A stretch of 64,000 nucleotides of DNA from Dehalococcoidia bacterium (GTDB taxonomy: Bacteria > Chloroflexota > Dehalococcoidia > SM23-28-2 > HRBIN24), in the NCBI GenBank assembly GCA_035574155.1, contig DATLZD010000021.1, positions 72,608 through 136,607 on the forward strand, given 5' to 3'. Shown here piece after piece: positions 39,539 through 48,415 of the stretch (positions are counted from its first letter, which is position 1; each line of letters starts with the position of its first letter). The notes below the pieces were generated by a model. That model made no database searches and was not told where the DNA came from. It was given only the letters and a program-made list of their open reading frames with translations. The translations under genes and the position numbers were made by a program.

Positions 39539-40264
39539 TCAGCCGACCCCCGTCACCGCCAGCGCGAAGCTGATGCCGTTGAAGGCCAAGTGGGCCAGCA
39601 CCGTGGGGACGATGGAGCCGCTGTAGGCATAGGCCAGGGCGAAGACCACGCCGATGCCTGCGAAGGGGACTATGACCTGGGGCTGGAAGTGGACTACGGC
39701 GAACAGCAGCCCCGAGGCCACCGCCGCCAGCGGCAGTCCCCACCGCCCCCTCAGCCCCCCGAAGACGAAGCCCCGGAAAAAGGTCTCCTCGGCGATGGGC
39801 GCCAACGCCATTACGGTAATGCCGGTAAGAGCGGCCAGGGAGCGCTCGCGAAAGGCGACGTCGGGCAGTTGCTCCTGGGGAAGGGCGTCCCTGACCCCCA
39901 GGGCCTCCACAACGGCGGCATAGATGCCCAGCACTAGGTAGGCGCCCACCAGGGCCGCCAGGGGCACCCATAGGCCACCACGCCAGCCCAGCCGCCAGCC
40001 GAGCTGGGCAGGGCTGGCGTTATGTTTGCCCACCGTCAGGGCCAGGGACACCCCCAGCAGGGCCAGCTCCACCCCCATGCTGGCCCCCAGCAGCAGGCCC
40101 GTGGCCAGCGGGTCGTCGCTCAGGTCACCACCCTCGCTAACGACGGCAGCGGCGATCCCCAACGGTATGGCCAGGAATATGGCCGAGAGGGCCGCCAGCC
40201 CGATGCCCGCCATGATGTCCCCCACGCCCCAGGGCGTCCGCTCCCGCACTACGACCTCTCCCAT
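39539..40264 (-). CDS. CPBP-family (CAAX/Abi-like) intramembrane metalloprotease
   Basis: EExxxR-type motif APIAEETFFRG and FxxxH motif FAVVHF; multi-TM; 241 aa from MGEVV with SD GGGAGGGAAG. Confidence 0.7.
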   Translation of the reverse strand: MGEVVVRERTPWGVGDIMAGIGLAALSAIFLAIPLGIAAAVVSEGGDLSDDPLATGLLLGASMGVELALLGVSLALTVGKHNASPAQLGWRLGWRGGLWVPLAALVGAYLVLGIYAAVVEALGVRDALPQEQLPDVAFRERSLAALTGITVMALAPIAEETFFRGFVFGGLRGRWGLPLAAVASGLLFAVVHFQPQVIVPFAGIGVVFALAYAYSGSIVPTVLAHLAFNGISFALAVTGVG

Positions 40265-40381
40265 GCTTCCCTCCCGGCTACAGTGTAGGGCAGCGCAGAG
40301 GCGCAGGCCACCGCTCCCGCCCGACGGCCTTAGTTGACAATTCCTCCTGAAAACATCGATAATAGCGGCCAGGAGGGAGAG

Positions 40382-40627
40382 GACATGACCGTCGAGATAC
40401 AGGCCGATAGGGTCCTGGACGTGCGCGGGCAATTCTGCCCCGGGCCGGTTCTGGCCGCCCGCAAGGCCGTGGACGAGCTGGCGGAGGGACAGGTGCTGGC
40501 CGTGCTGGCCACCGACCCTGCCGCCGAATCGGACCTGCAGGCCTGGGCCAAGTGGGCCGGCCACCAGGTCCTGGCCGTCGACAAGTCCGAGGGCTACCTC
40601 AGGGTCCTTCTGCGGAAGGGGAGCTAG
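40382..40627 (+). CDS. tusA: TusA-like sulfurtransferase (SirA/YedF/YeeD family)
   Basis: CPxP motif in RGQFCPGPV; 81 aa from MTVEIQ with AGGAGGGAGAGG upstream. Confidence 0.65.
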   Translation, partial: DMTVEIQADRVLDVRGQFCPGPVLAARKAVDELAEGQVLAVLATDPAAESDLQAWAKWAGHQVLAVDKSEGYLRVLLRKGS

Positions 40628-40630
40628 GAC

Positions 40631-40999
40631 ATGGCCGAGCGCAAGAGGATCGTCTATCTGCTCACCAGCGGCACCGACACGCCCGAACGGCTGTATGCTC
40701 CCTTTATCTTGGCCACCACCGCCGCTGCCATGGGCCAAGAGCCCACCATTTACGCCTTCATCAAGGGCATCACCGCCTTCAAGAAGGGCGAGGCCGAGAA
40801 GGTCAAGATAGGCGCCTTTCCCAGCCTCAAGGAGGTCATGGACCAGGCACGCCAGGCCGGCGTCCGCTTCCTCGTCTGCGAGCAGTCCTGCATGCTGCTG
40901 GGGCTCGACCGGGGCGACTTCGTGGAGGGGGCCGAGGTCGTGGGCGCCGCCACCCTCAATGACGTGGTCCTCTCGGCCGACGCCGTCATCAGTGTATAG
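40631..40999 (+). CDS. DsrE/DsrF-like sulfur-relay family protein
   Basis: DsrE-like fold pattern with a conserved Cys in VCEQSC. Confidence 0.6.
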   Translation: MAERKRIVYLLTSGTDTPERLYAPFILATTAAAMGQEPTIYAFIKGITAFKKGEAEKVKIGAFPSLKEVMDQARQAGVRFLVCEQSCMLLGLDRGDFVEGAEVVGAATLNDVVLSADAVISV

Positions 41000-41117
41000 G
41001 CCACCGGCCGACGGCGCCTCTCGACCCGGCGCAGCCCACGGGCCACAGCATCCGGGCACCCTGCCGACCTGAACCGATGCGTCCGCACGTAGCGGGCCCG
41101 AGGGCGCCATCTGCCGG

Positions 41118-41147
41118 TGGACAGGCCGATGGCAGCCGCTGTATGAT
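41118..41147 (+). promoter_or_regulatory. Putative sigma-70 promoter TGGACA-18-TATGAT for rpsT
   Basis: Hexamers read in sequence ~65 nt upstream of the rpsT GTG. Confidence 0.35.
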
Positions 41148-41211
41148 GGACGAGGGCCAGTAAGGCACACCTCTGGCCCGGCACCTGTCCCGGCGGCAAG
41201 GAGGAACGAGG

Positions 41212-41493
41212 GTGGCTACCAGGTCGGCAGCAAAGGCCCACCGCAAGTCCCTCAAGCGGCGCCTGCGCAACCGCGCCGTCAAGAGCTATACCAAGACAGC
41301 TATCAAGAAGGCCGAGACGGCCATCGCCAGCGGCGACCCCCAAGCGGCCCGGGAGGCGGTGCGGGCCGCCATCAGCGCCCTGGACCGGGCCGCCAAGAAA
41401 GGGGTGCTGCACCCTAACAACGTCGCCAGGCGCAAGTCCCGCCTCATGCTCCGCTTCAACGCCATGGTGGCCTCCAAGCAGGCCAGCAGCTGA
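41212..41493 (+). CDS. rpsT: 30S ribosomal protein S20
   Basis: Basic helical S20 pattern (AKAHRKSLKRRLRNRAVKS...); GTG start after AAGGAGG. Confidence 0.85.
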   Translation: MATRSAAKAHRKSLKRRLRNRAVKSYTKTAIKKAETAIASGDPQAAREAVRAAISALDRAAKKGVLHPNNVARRKSRLMLRFNAMVASKQASS

Positions 41494-41636
41494 AGCCCGT
41501 TCACCGATGCCCCCGGCAGCGACAGGGGCAGGGCGCTTGTGCCCCTCCCTCCTCGGCAACGGCTGGACGAAGGCGACAGCAGGTGCTATCCTAGGGGCGC
41601 TTTAGACGAGCACATGCTTAGCTAAGGAGGTGGCGC

Positions 41637-41975
41637 ATGACCCAGCAGCAACTGCCCTCTTCCATTCGCGAGCTGATGGAGGGGATGCCCAACGCCTTCC
41701 GCCCCGAGCGCGCTCAGGGAGTGAAGGCCGTCATCCAGTTCAACTTCAGCGGTCAGGAACCGGGCAACTGGGTGGTGACCATCGACCAGGGCAAGTGCGA
41801 GGTGCGCGAGGGCACGGCCGACAGCCCCAACGTGACCATCAACGCGCCGTCGGAGGTCTGGCTCAAGATCGTCCGCCGGGAGCTGGATGGCGCCTCGGCC
41901 TTCATGAGCGGCCAGTTCACCTTCACCGGCGACATGGGCATCCTGATGCAGTTGCCCAACTGGTTCCAGCAGTAG
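41637..41975 (+). CDS. SCP2 sterol-binding domain protein
   Basis: SCP-2 fold pattern with a C-terminal hydrophobic tunnel region. Confidence 0.65.
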   Translation: MTQQQLPSSIRELMEGMPNAFRPERAQGVKAVIQFNFSGQEPGNWVVTIDQGKCEVREGTADSPNVTINAPSEVWLKIVRRELDGASAFMSGQFTFTGDMGILMQLPNWFQQ

Positions 41976-41990
41976 TCTGAAGAGGGGCCC

Positions 41991-43370
41991 TTAGCTGCGT
42001 TGCACCAGGGTGCGGGCGTCGCGCCCCGCGACGATGATGATATCGGCCGGTCCGTTGACGGGGGCGACGCCCGCACAGTTGCCGTTGGTGACCCTGGTCT
42101 CGGGCAGGCTCAGCCACTCGGCTAGTTTCTTGGCCGTGTAGGACTTCCCCGACAGGTCACAGATGGTCGTCTCGGTCAGCCGAGGGCCGGGGGCGTTGGC
42201 CACCGACAACCGCTCTTCCGGCAGCCCCTGGCTGGCCAGGAAGTTCTTGATCTGGGTGGCCAGCCCGGGCACGTCGCTCCCGTTCTGGACCTCGATGCGG
42301 GCCGCCTCCTGGTCCACTTTCCCGTCCAGGAAGAACTGACGGACCACAGTCCTCATCTTGTCGGGGTCCCATCCCAGCACAGCCGCGCCGTCGGCGGTGG
42401 TCATGGGGTAGACGACGTCCCGCAGCGAGAAGGTCTTGATCTGCTCGCGGGGCACGTCCTTCAGCTTCAGGGCCAGGCCCAGCGCGCGGGCCGGACTCAC
42501 GTCGGTGTTCACCGACCGGCGGAAGCGGTCATACAGCTCCCTCAACCGGGCCGGGTTGAGGAGGATGCCGGCGCTGGTGGCCTTGTCCAGCACCGCCATC
42601 ATCACCTGCTGCTGCCTCTCGATGCGGTCCAGGTCGTCGGAGCCGTAGCGGATACGGATGTAGGCCAGGGCCCGCCTGCCGTCCATGTGCTGCCGCCCCG
42701 GCCGGAAGAGGACCTCCTGGTATGGGCAGCGGTTGCACTCGTTGTAGGCAGGGTCGTAGACCGTCTCCTGCACGTCTACATCGATGCCGCCCAGGGTGTC
42801 GATGATCTGCACGAAGGTGGTCCAGTCCATGACCACGTAGTGGTCGATGTTGATGCCGAAGTTGTTCTTGATGGTATCCCTCACCAGCGCGATGCCGCCC
42901 CCTGGATAGCGCACGTCCGGCCAGTCGGCCGCCTCGTAGGCCACGTTTATGCGCTGATAGAAGGAGCCGCCACGCCCTGTAGGTATCTGGACCCATAGGT
43001 CACGGGGGATGCTCAGCACCCCGCCCGTGTTGCTGTAGGGGTCCAGGGTGAGGATGGCTATGCTGTCCGTCCGGGCAGGCGTCCCGGGCGGGTCGTCGGG
43101 CCGAAGGTCGAGGCCCAGCAGCAGCACATTTATGCGCTGCTCGGGCGTGGCCGCCTCGGGCATCTGGCCGCTGTCGATGCCCGGCAGATTGCCCAGGGGG
43201 CCCAATTGCAGCTCGTTGCCGGGCAGGAAGTAGTCGTCCAGCTGCGATGCCACCGCCAGGAGACCGTAGAAGGACGCCACGGCGAACAGGGCGATGCCGA
43301 AGACCAGCAGCGGGCTGTAGCGGCCACCGCCGGCCCGCCCCGGACGGTTGCCCCTTTCGTCCCTACTCAT
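41991..43370 (-). CDS. LytR-CpsA-Psr (LCP) family cell-envelope phosphotransferase
   Basis: N-terminal TM plus LCP domain (RTDSIAILTL...). Confidence 0.8.
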   Translation of the reverse strand: MSRDERGNRPGRAGGGRYSPLLVFGIALFAVASFYGLLAVASQLDDYFLPGNELQLGPLGNLPGIDSGQMPEAATPEQRINVLLLGLDLRPDDPPGTPARTDSIAILTLDPYSNTGGVLSIPRDLWVQIPTGRGGSFYQRINVAYEAADWPDVRYPGGGIALVRDTIKNNFGINIDHYVVMDWTTFVQIIDTLGGIDVDVQETVYDPAYNECNRCPYQEVLFRPGRQHMDGRRALAYIRIRYGSDDLDRIERQQQVMMAVLDKATSAGILLNPARLRELYDRFRRSVNTDVSPARALGLALKLKDVPREQIKTFSLRDVVYPMTTADGAAVLGWDPDKMRTVVRQFFLDGKVDQEAARIEVQNGSDVPGLATQIKNFLASQGLPEERLSVANAPGPRLTETTICDLSGKSYTAKKLAEWLSLPETRVTNGNCAGVAPVNGPADIIIVAGRDARTLVQRS

Positions 43371-44577
43371 GGGCCTCGGCAGCGCGGGCGGCGGCGGGCC
43401 GGCCCACCTCTCCGTCCAGATGGGGACGGCGCAGCTCCCTCCCCACTACCCTGCCCTGTCGGAGGAACAGCCGGGGCACCCTGGGGCCAATGCCGCACAG
43501 GATCTCGTAGCTGATGGTGTCGCATAGCGAGGCCATCTCTTCGACCCGTAGCTCGTCCTCGCCCTGCCTTCCGATGATGACCACCTCGTCACCGACGGCG
43601 ACGTCGGGCACCTCGGTGACGTCCACCATGCACATGTCCATGCACACCCGACCGATGACGGGGACACGCCGGCCCCTGACCAGCATCCAGCCGCGGTTGG
43701 AGAGGACGCGGGGGAGGCCATCGGCGTAGCCGCAGGTCACCAGGCCCACCAGGCTGCGACGACGCGCCCGCCATGTCCGGCCGTAGCTCACCGATTCTCC
43801 CGGCTCCAGCCACGTGAGCCGCACGATGCGGGACTTGAGGGACAGCACCGGCCGCAGCTCCACATCGGAGCGGGGCCCGGCGGGGTAGCAGCCATAGACC
43901 CCCACGCCCGGGCGGACCATCTCCAGGCTCATCTCGGGCATGTCCAGTATGGTGGCGGTGTTGGAGACGTGCCGCACGGGCACCCAGTCCAGCTCGGCCG
44001 CCACCGACAGGAACAGCCGGTACTGCTCCAGGGTGAAGGTCTTGTCTCCGTCCTCGGCGCTGGCGAAGTGGGTGAACAGCCCCTCCACCCTGAGGGTGGG
44101 CACCTGGCGCAGGAAGCGGGCCAGGGCGATGGCCTCGTGGGGTGGCAGCCCGAAGCGGTGTAGCCCTGTGTCCACCTTCAGGTGCACGGGCTGCACCACC
44201 CCCAGGGCGGCGGCGGCATCAGCCAGGGCCAGGGCCAACTCCCGACCGGCAACGGTGGGGATGACGCCCAGCTCCACCAGACGGCGTGCCTGGGAGGGCT
44301 CGCTGGGCCCCATGACCAGGATGGGGGCCTCGATGCCGCCGGCCCGTAGTTCCTCGGCCTCCTCCAGGCAGACCACACACAGGCCATCGGCCCCTGCGTC
44401 CAGGGCGGCGCGGGAGATGGCCAGGGCACCGTGGCCGTAAGCGTTGGCCTTCACCACCGCCCACAGTTGGGCACCCTGGGCGCGGGCCTTGAGGGCACGG
44501 ACGTTGTGGCTCAGGGCGTCCAGGTCCACCTCTGCCCAGAGGGGACGCCCCCGCCAAAGGCCTATCTCCTCGAACAC
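43363..44577 (-). CDS. alr: Alanine racemase
   Basis: PLP lysine motif VVKANAYGHG and C-terminal beta domain; GTG start after GGGGAAG. Confidence 0.85.
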   Translation of the reverse strand: MFEEIGLWRGRPLWAEVDLDALSHNVRALKARAQGAQLWAVVKANAYGHGALAISRAALDAGADGLCVVCLEEAEELRAGGIEAPILVMGPSEPSQARRLVELGVIPTVAGRELALALADAAAALGVVQPVHLKVDTGLHRFGLPPHEAIALARFLRQVPTLRVEGLFTHFASAEDGDKTFTLEQYRLFLSVAAELDWVPVRHVSNTATILDMPEMSLEMVRPGVGVYGCYPAGPRSDVELRPVLSLKSRIVRLTWLEPGESVSYGRTWRARRRSLVGLVTCGYADGLPRVLSNRGWMLVRGRRVPVIGRVCMDMCMVDVTEVPDVAVGDEVVIIGRQGEDELRVEEMASLCDTISYEILCGIGPRVPRLFLRQGRVVGRELRRPHLDGEVGRPAAARAAEAHE

Positions 44578-44589
44578 CGTCTTCCCCTG

Positions 44590-44620
44590 TCCCTATAACA
44601 ACGAGCGGGACGGCCCGCTG
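44590..44620 (-). terminator. Putative intrinsic terminator after the unknown 160-aa gene
   Basis: AGCGGG-ccgt-CCCGCT hairpin followed by UUGUUAUA on the minus-strand transcript. Confidence 0.3.
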
Positions 44621-44632
44621 GTTATCCCCACA

Positions 44633-45115
44633 TCAGGGCACCAGGGACCACTCCTCCGGCAGACGGTAACGGAACACCTTGCCGGTGAAGGCCTCGCCAT
44701 CGAAGACGCGGGCCATTCCCGTCCGCCGGATCTCACGGTAGGTGTTGATGATCTGGATGATGCGCTTGTCCCGCAGGTTGAAGACTACCGCCCCCGCCTT
44801 CACCGGCTGCAGGCTGGCCTCCCGGGTCACCTCGTCCACCACCCTGAACACCGGATGCTGGTAAGGGGGCTTCTGCTCCAGCTCCTGACGGATGGCCGAG
44901 AACTCGTCGCTGGTGTTGTGCTCGTCGAAGACGGCCAGCCCGGAGAGGACGTAGTCCTTCAGGGTCCGGTAGTAGGGCTCGGCCCTGTCCAACAGCTCTT
45001 CCAGGGACGACGGGTTGGTGGCACAAGCGGCCACCAGGGCCGGGAGAGCATCGGCATGGGCTATGAAGCTCACCGCACCCTTGTGGTCAATGACGGTGCA
45101 GCGGATGACGTTCAT
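44633..45115 (-). CDS. Hypothetical protein (160 aa), no recognisable family
   Basis: Clean ORF with its own promoter (TTGACA-17-TACCCT) and SD GGAGGTGA 8 nt upstream. Confidence 0.55.
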   Translation of the reverse strand: MNVIRCTVIDHKGAVSFIAHADALPALVAACATNPSSLEELLDRAEPYYRTLKDYVLSGLAVFDEHNTSDEFSAIRQELEQKPPYQHPVFRVVDEVTREASLQPVKAGAVVFNLRDKRIIQIINTYREIRRTGMARVFDGEAFTGKVFRYRLPEEWSLVP

Positions 45116-45147
45116 GCCCCGCAGGCGTCACCTCCGGCCCTTCCTTG

Positions 45148-45176
45148 AGGGTAGCAACGGCCCCAGGGGCTGTCAA
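45148..45176 (-). promoter_or_regulatory. Promoter TTGACA-17-TACCCT for the 160-aa hypothetical gene
   Basis: Read on the minus strand. Confidence 0.35.
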
Positions 45177-45269
45177 CGCAGGAACAGATACGGCTTGGCC
45201 CCCATGGGCACCACAGGGGCAGGGCTGTCCACAGCCCATAGACACGTTGTCCAAGACTTGTCCACGTCG

Positions 45270-45298
45270 TTGACAGGGGGACGGGGCACAGGTAAGTT
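45270..45298 (+). promoter_or_regulatory. Sigma-70 promoter TTGACA-17-TAAGTT for cofG-cofH
   Basis: Near-consensus -35 with a 17-nt spacer, ~30 nt upstream of the cofG ATG. Confidence 0.5.
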
Positions 45299-45328
45299 GG
45301 AGAGTGCGCTCGACTGCGCGGAGAGACG

Positions 45329-46531
45329 ATGCCCCTCGTCCGCAGGGCCCCCAGCTTGACGACCCGCGAGGCCTTGGCCAGGGCCCTGGACGGCACGCCT
45401 CCCACTCCGGACCAGTGCTGCGTCCTGCTGGCCGCCGAGGGCCCGGACCTGGACGCCCTCTTGGACGCCGCCTCCCGCCTGCGGGACCGCTACAAGGGTA
45501 AGGTCGTCACCTACTCGCGCAAGGTCTTCATTCCCCTCACCAACCTCTGCCGCGATGTCTGCGCCTACTGCACCTTCGTCAAGCAGCCGGGGGAGGCTGG
45601 AGCGCACACCATGACCCCCGACGAGGTGCTGGCGGTGGCCAGGGCAGGCAGGCTGCTGGGCTGCAAGGAGGCCCTTTTCTCCCTGGGGGACAAGCCGGAG
45701 CTGAAGTACCCCACCTACCGACGCTGGCTGCAGGAGCAGGGCTACGCCACCACCCTCGAGTACCTGCGGGACATGTGCGCCCTGGTGCTGAGGAGGACGG
45801 GTCTCCTGCCCCACGCCAACCCCGGCCTCATGACCGAGGCCGACATGGCCATGCTGCGCCCCTACAACGCCTCCATGGGCATCATGCTGGAGAACGTATC
45901 GCCGCGGCTGCTGCGCCCGGGCATGCCCCACCACCGCTGCCCCGACAAGGTGCCCGCCCGTCGCCTGGCGACCATCGAGGCGGCGGGGAGGCTGAGGGTG
46001 GCCTTCACCACGGGCATCCTCATCGGCATCGGCGAGACTCCCCGTGAGCGGGTGGACTCCCTCTTCGCCATACGTGAGCTGCACGCCCGTTACGGCCACA
46101 TCCAGGAGGTCATCGTCCAGAACTTCCGCGCCAAGCCCGACATCCCCATGTGGGAGCACCCCGAGCCTGCCCTGGAGGACATGCTCCGCACCATTGCCGT
46201 GGCCCGCCTGGTGCTGCAGGAGATGAACTTGCAGGCGCCCCCCAACCTGGCGCCGCGACAGTACCGTTGGTACCTGCGGGCCGGGATCAACGACTGGGGC
46301 GGCATATCGCCCCTGACCCAGGACTTCATCAACCCCGAGGCCCCCTGGCCCAAGCTGCGGGAGCTGCGGGACGTGTGTCGGGAGGAGGGGTTCGAGCTGC
46401 GGGAGCGGCTGCCCATCTACCCGGAATACGTGCGCCGCCCCGAGTTCGTGCCCGAAGGGCTGCGACAGCGGGTGGGGGCGTTGGTGGACGAGGCTGGCCT
46501 GGTCCGCCCCGACAGAGAAGGCCCATACTGA
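45329..46531 (+). CDS. cofG: FO (7,8-didemethyl-8-hydroxy-5-deazariboflavin) synthase subunit 1, radical SAM
   Basis: Radical-SAM motif CRDVCAYC plus CofG-specific context. Confidence 0.85.
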   Translation: MPLVRRAPSLTTREALARALDGTPPTPDQCCVLLAAEGPDLDALLDAASRLRDRYKGKVVTYSRKVFIPLTNLCRDVCAYCTFVKQPGEAGAHTMTPDEVLAVARAGRLLGCKEALFSLGDKPELKYPTYRRWLQEQGYATTLEYLRDMCALVLRRTGLLPHANPGLMTEADMAMLRPYNASMGIMLENVSPRLLRPGMPHHRCPDKVPARRLATIEAAGRLRVAFTTGILIGIGETPRERVDSLFAIRELHARYGHIQEVIVQNFRAKPDIPMWEHPEPALEDMLRTIAVARLVLQEMNLQAPPNLAPRQYRWYLRAGINDWGGISPLTQDFINPEAPWPKLRELRDVCREEGFELRERLPIYPEYVRRPEFVPEGLRQRVGALVDEAGLVRPDREGPY

Positions 46532-46545
46532 CCCGGGAGGCGGGA

Positions 46546-47898
46546 GCGATGGCCATAGAAGCTGGCAGGACACTGGGGCTGGAGCAGATGCGGGGCCTCT
46601 GGGACCGGGTGCTGGCCCTGCTGGACCGGGAGGTGGCCCGCATCCTTGACAAGGCCCTGGCCGGCGAAGACATCGACGTGGACGAGGGCACCCGTCTCCT
46701 CGAGGCCCAGGGGCCAGAGCTGAACGCCATCGTGCTGGTGGCCGACGAGCTGCGCCGCCGGCGCGTGGGCGACATCGTCACTTATGTCATCAACCGCAAC
46801 ATCAACTTCACCAACGTCTGCATCAAGCACTGCGGCTTCTGCGCCTTCTCCCGTGACCATCGCGAGGAGGAGGGCTACTTTCTGCCCACCGAGGAGGTGG
46901 TGCGCCGGGCCCGCGAGGCCTGGGAGCTGGGGGCCACCGAGGTGTGCATACAGGCCGGGCTGCCCCCTAAGATGGACGGCTACTACTACGTGGAGCTGAC
47001 CAAGGCCATCAAGCGGGAGCTGCCTGACATCCACATCCACGGTTTCTCGCCCGAGGAGGTCCTCTACGGCTCCATCCGCTCCGGCTGCAGCATCGAGGAC
47101 TACCTGAAGGCCCTGAAGGAGGCCGGCGTGGGGTCGCTGCCCGGGACCTCGGCGGAGATCCTGGACGACGAGGTCCGGCGGCGCATCTCCCCCGGGCGCA
47201 TCAGCGTGGCCCAATGGGTGGAGGTCATCACCACCGCCCACCGCCTGGGCATACCCACCACGGCCACCATCATGTATGGGCACGTGGAGACGCCGCGCCA
47301 CCAGGCAGCCCACATCGCCCTCATCCGCGACATCCAGCGCCAGACGGGCGGCTTCACCGAGTTCGTGCCCCTCTCCTTCGTGCACGAGGAGGCGCCCATG
47401 TGGCGCAAGGGGCTGGTGCCGGGCGTCCGTCCCGGCGCCACCGGCGCCGAGGTGGTGAAGATGTACGCCGTCTCCCGCATCATGCTCAACAACTGGATAC
47501 CCAACCTGCAGGTGTCGTGGGTGAAGGAGGGCCCCAAGTTCGCCCAGTTCTGTCTCAACGCCGGCTGCAACGACTTCATGGGCACCCTTATCAACGAGTC
47601 CATCTCCACGGCGGCGGGCGCCCAGTACGGGCAACGCATGCGGCCGCGGGAGATGCGGCGCCTGATCCGCGATATCGGGCGCATCCCGGCCGAGCGGACC
47701 ACCACCTACCAGATACGACGCCTCTTCCCGCCCGACGAGGACGACCATTACGACCCCCTGGACCTGGTGGAGGACGAGAAGGCCGAGGAGCGGTTCGGCT
47801 CCTACCACGCGCTGGTGCGGCGCCAGGACTACCGCTTCCGGGACCTGCGGGAGCTGGTGCAGGTGCGGCCGGTGGACAGGCCGCCGCGGCGGGGCTGA
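46546..47898 (+). CDS. cofH: FO synthase subunit 2, radical SAM
   Basis: CIKHCGFC motif; 450 aa from MAIEAGRTLG after the SD GGGAGGCGGGAG. Confidence 0.85.
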   Translation, partial: AMAIEAGRTLGLEQMRGLWDRVLALLDREVARILDKALAGEDIDVDEGTRLLEAQGPELNAIVLVADELRRRRVGDIVTYVINRNINFTNVCIKHCGFCAFSRDHREEEGYFLPTEEVVRRAREAWELGATEVCIQAGLPPKMDGYYYVELTKAIKRELPDIHIHGFSPEEVLYGSIRSGCSIEDYLKALKEAGVGSLPGTSAEILDDEVRRRISPGRISVAQWVEVITTAHRLGIPTTATIMYGHVETPRHQAAHIALIRDIQRQTGGFTEFVPLSFVHEEAPMWRKGLVPGVRPGATGAEVVKMYAVSRIMLNNWIPNLQVSWVKEGPKFAQFCLNAGCNDFMGTLINESISTAAGAQYGQRMRPREMRRLIRDIGRIPAERTTTYQIRRLFPPDEDDHYDPLDLVEDEKAEERFGSYHALVRRQDYRFRDLRELVQVRPVDRPPRRG

Positions 47899-47899
47899 G

Positions 47900-48163
47900 C
47901 TAGGCCAGGACGCGATAGACGCGGTCGCCTGGCCGGCAACGGTCAATGACCTTGATGCCCACGCGGGCTCCCGGCCCCGCCTCGGCCACGTCCCGCCGGT
48001 CGATCTGCATGCTCTCCACCACCTGCTCCAGGTCGGTGGTGTGGCCGCGGATGCGGATACGGTCGCCCAGGCGCAGGGGTGCCGTCAGTTCCACGCCAGC
48101 CACGCCGATGCGGGCGAAGTAGTCCATCACCCGCCCGACCTCTTCCTCCGTCTCCTGCGTCAT
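47900..48163 (-). CDS. Small (~87 aa) beta-barrel protein resembling a stand-alone EF-Tu domain-2-like fold
   Basis: MTQETEEEVGRVMDYFARIGVAGVELTAPLRLGDRIRIRG... pattern; start ambiguous (48163 or 48181). Confidence 0.4.
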   Translation of the reverse strand: MTQETEEEVGRVMDYFARIGVAGVELTAPLRLGDRIRIRGHTTDLEQVVESMQIDRRDVAEAGPGARVGIKVIDRCRPGDRVYRVLA

Positions 48164-48415
48164 GGCACCGCCCCCCATTGCCAGGACTGCACCAGCAGTA
48201 TAGCGCGGCCGCCCCCGCGAGGGATGAAGGGCAGGGAGAGGGCACGACTGGAGACCCAGGCCGACCCCGACTAGGGGACGACCCCAAGAGGGGCTGCCTC
48301 CGCTGGAGAGGGACAGGCAGGGCCCCTTCCCAGAGCGCCATGGCCCCACTCCCGAGTGTCATGCCCCCGTTGGCCGAAGCAGGGAACATATGTTCCGATA
48401 CCGGCGGAGGGTGCC

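Noticed and set aside
40631-40999. Possible selenoprotein, given tRNA-Sec (DsrE-like, TusA, peroxiredoxin-like candidates)
   Set aside because: All candidate ORFs are uninterrupted and have Cys at the putative redox positions. No in-frame UGA with downstream coding continuation was found in the window.
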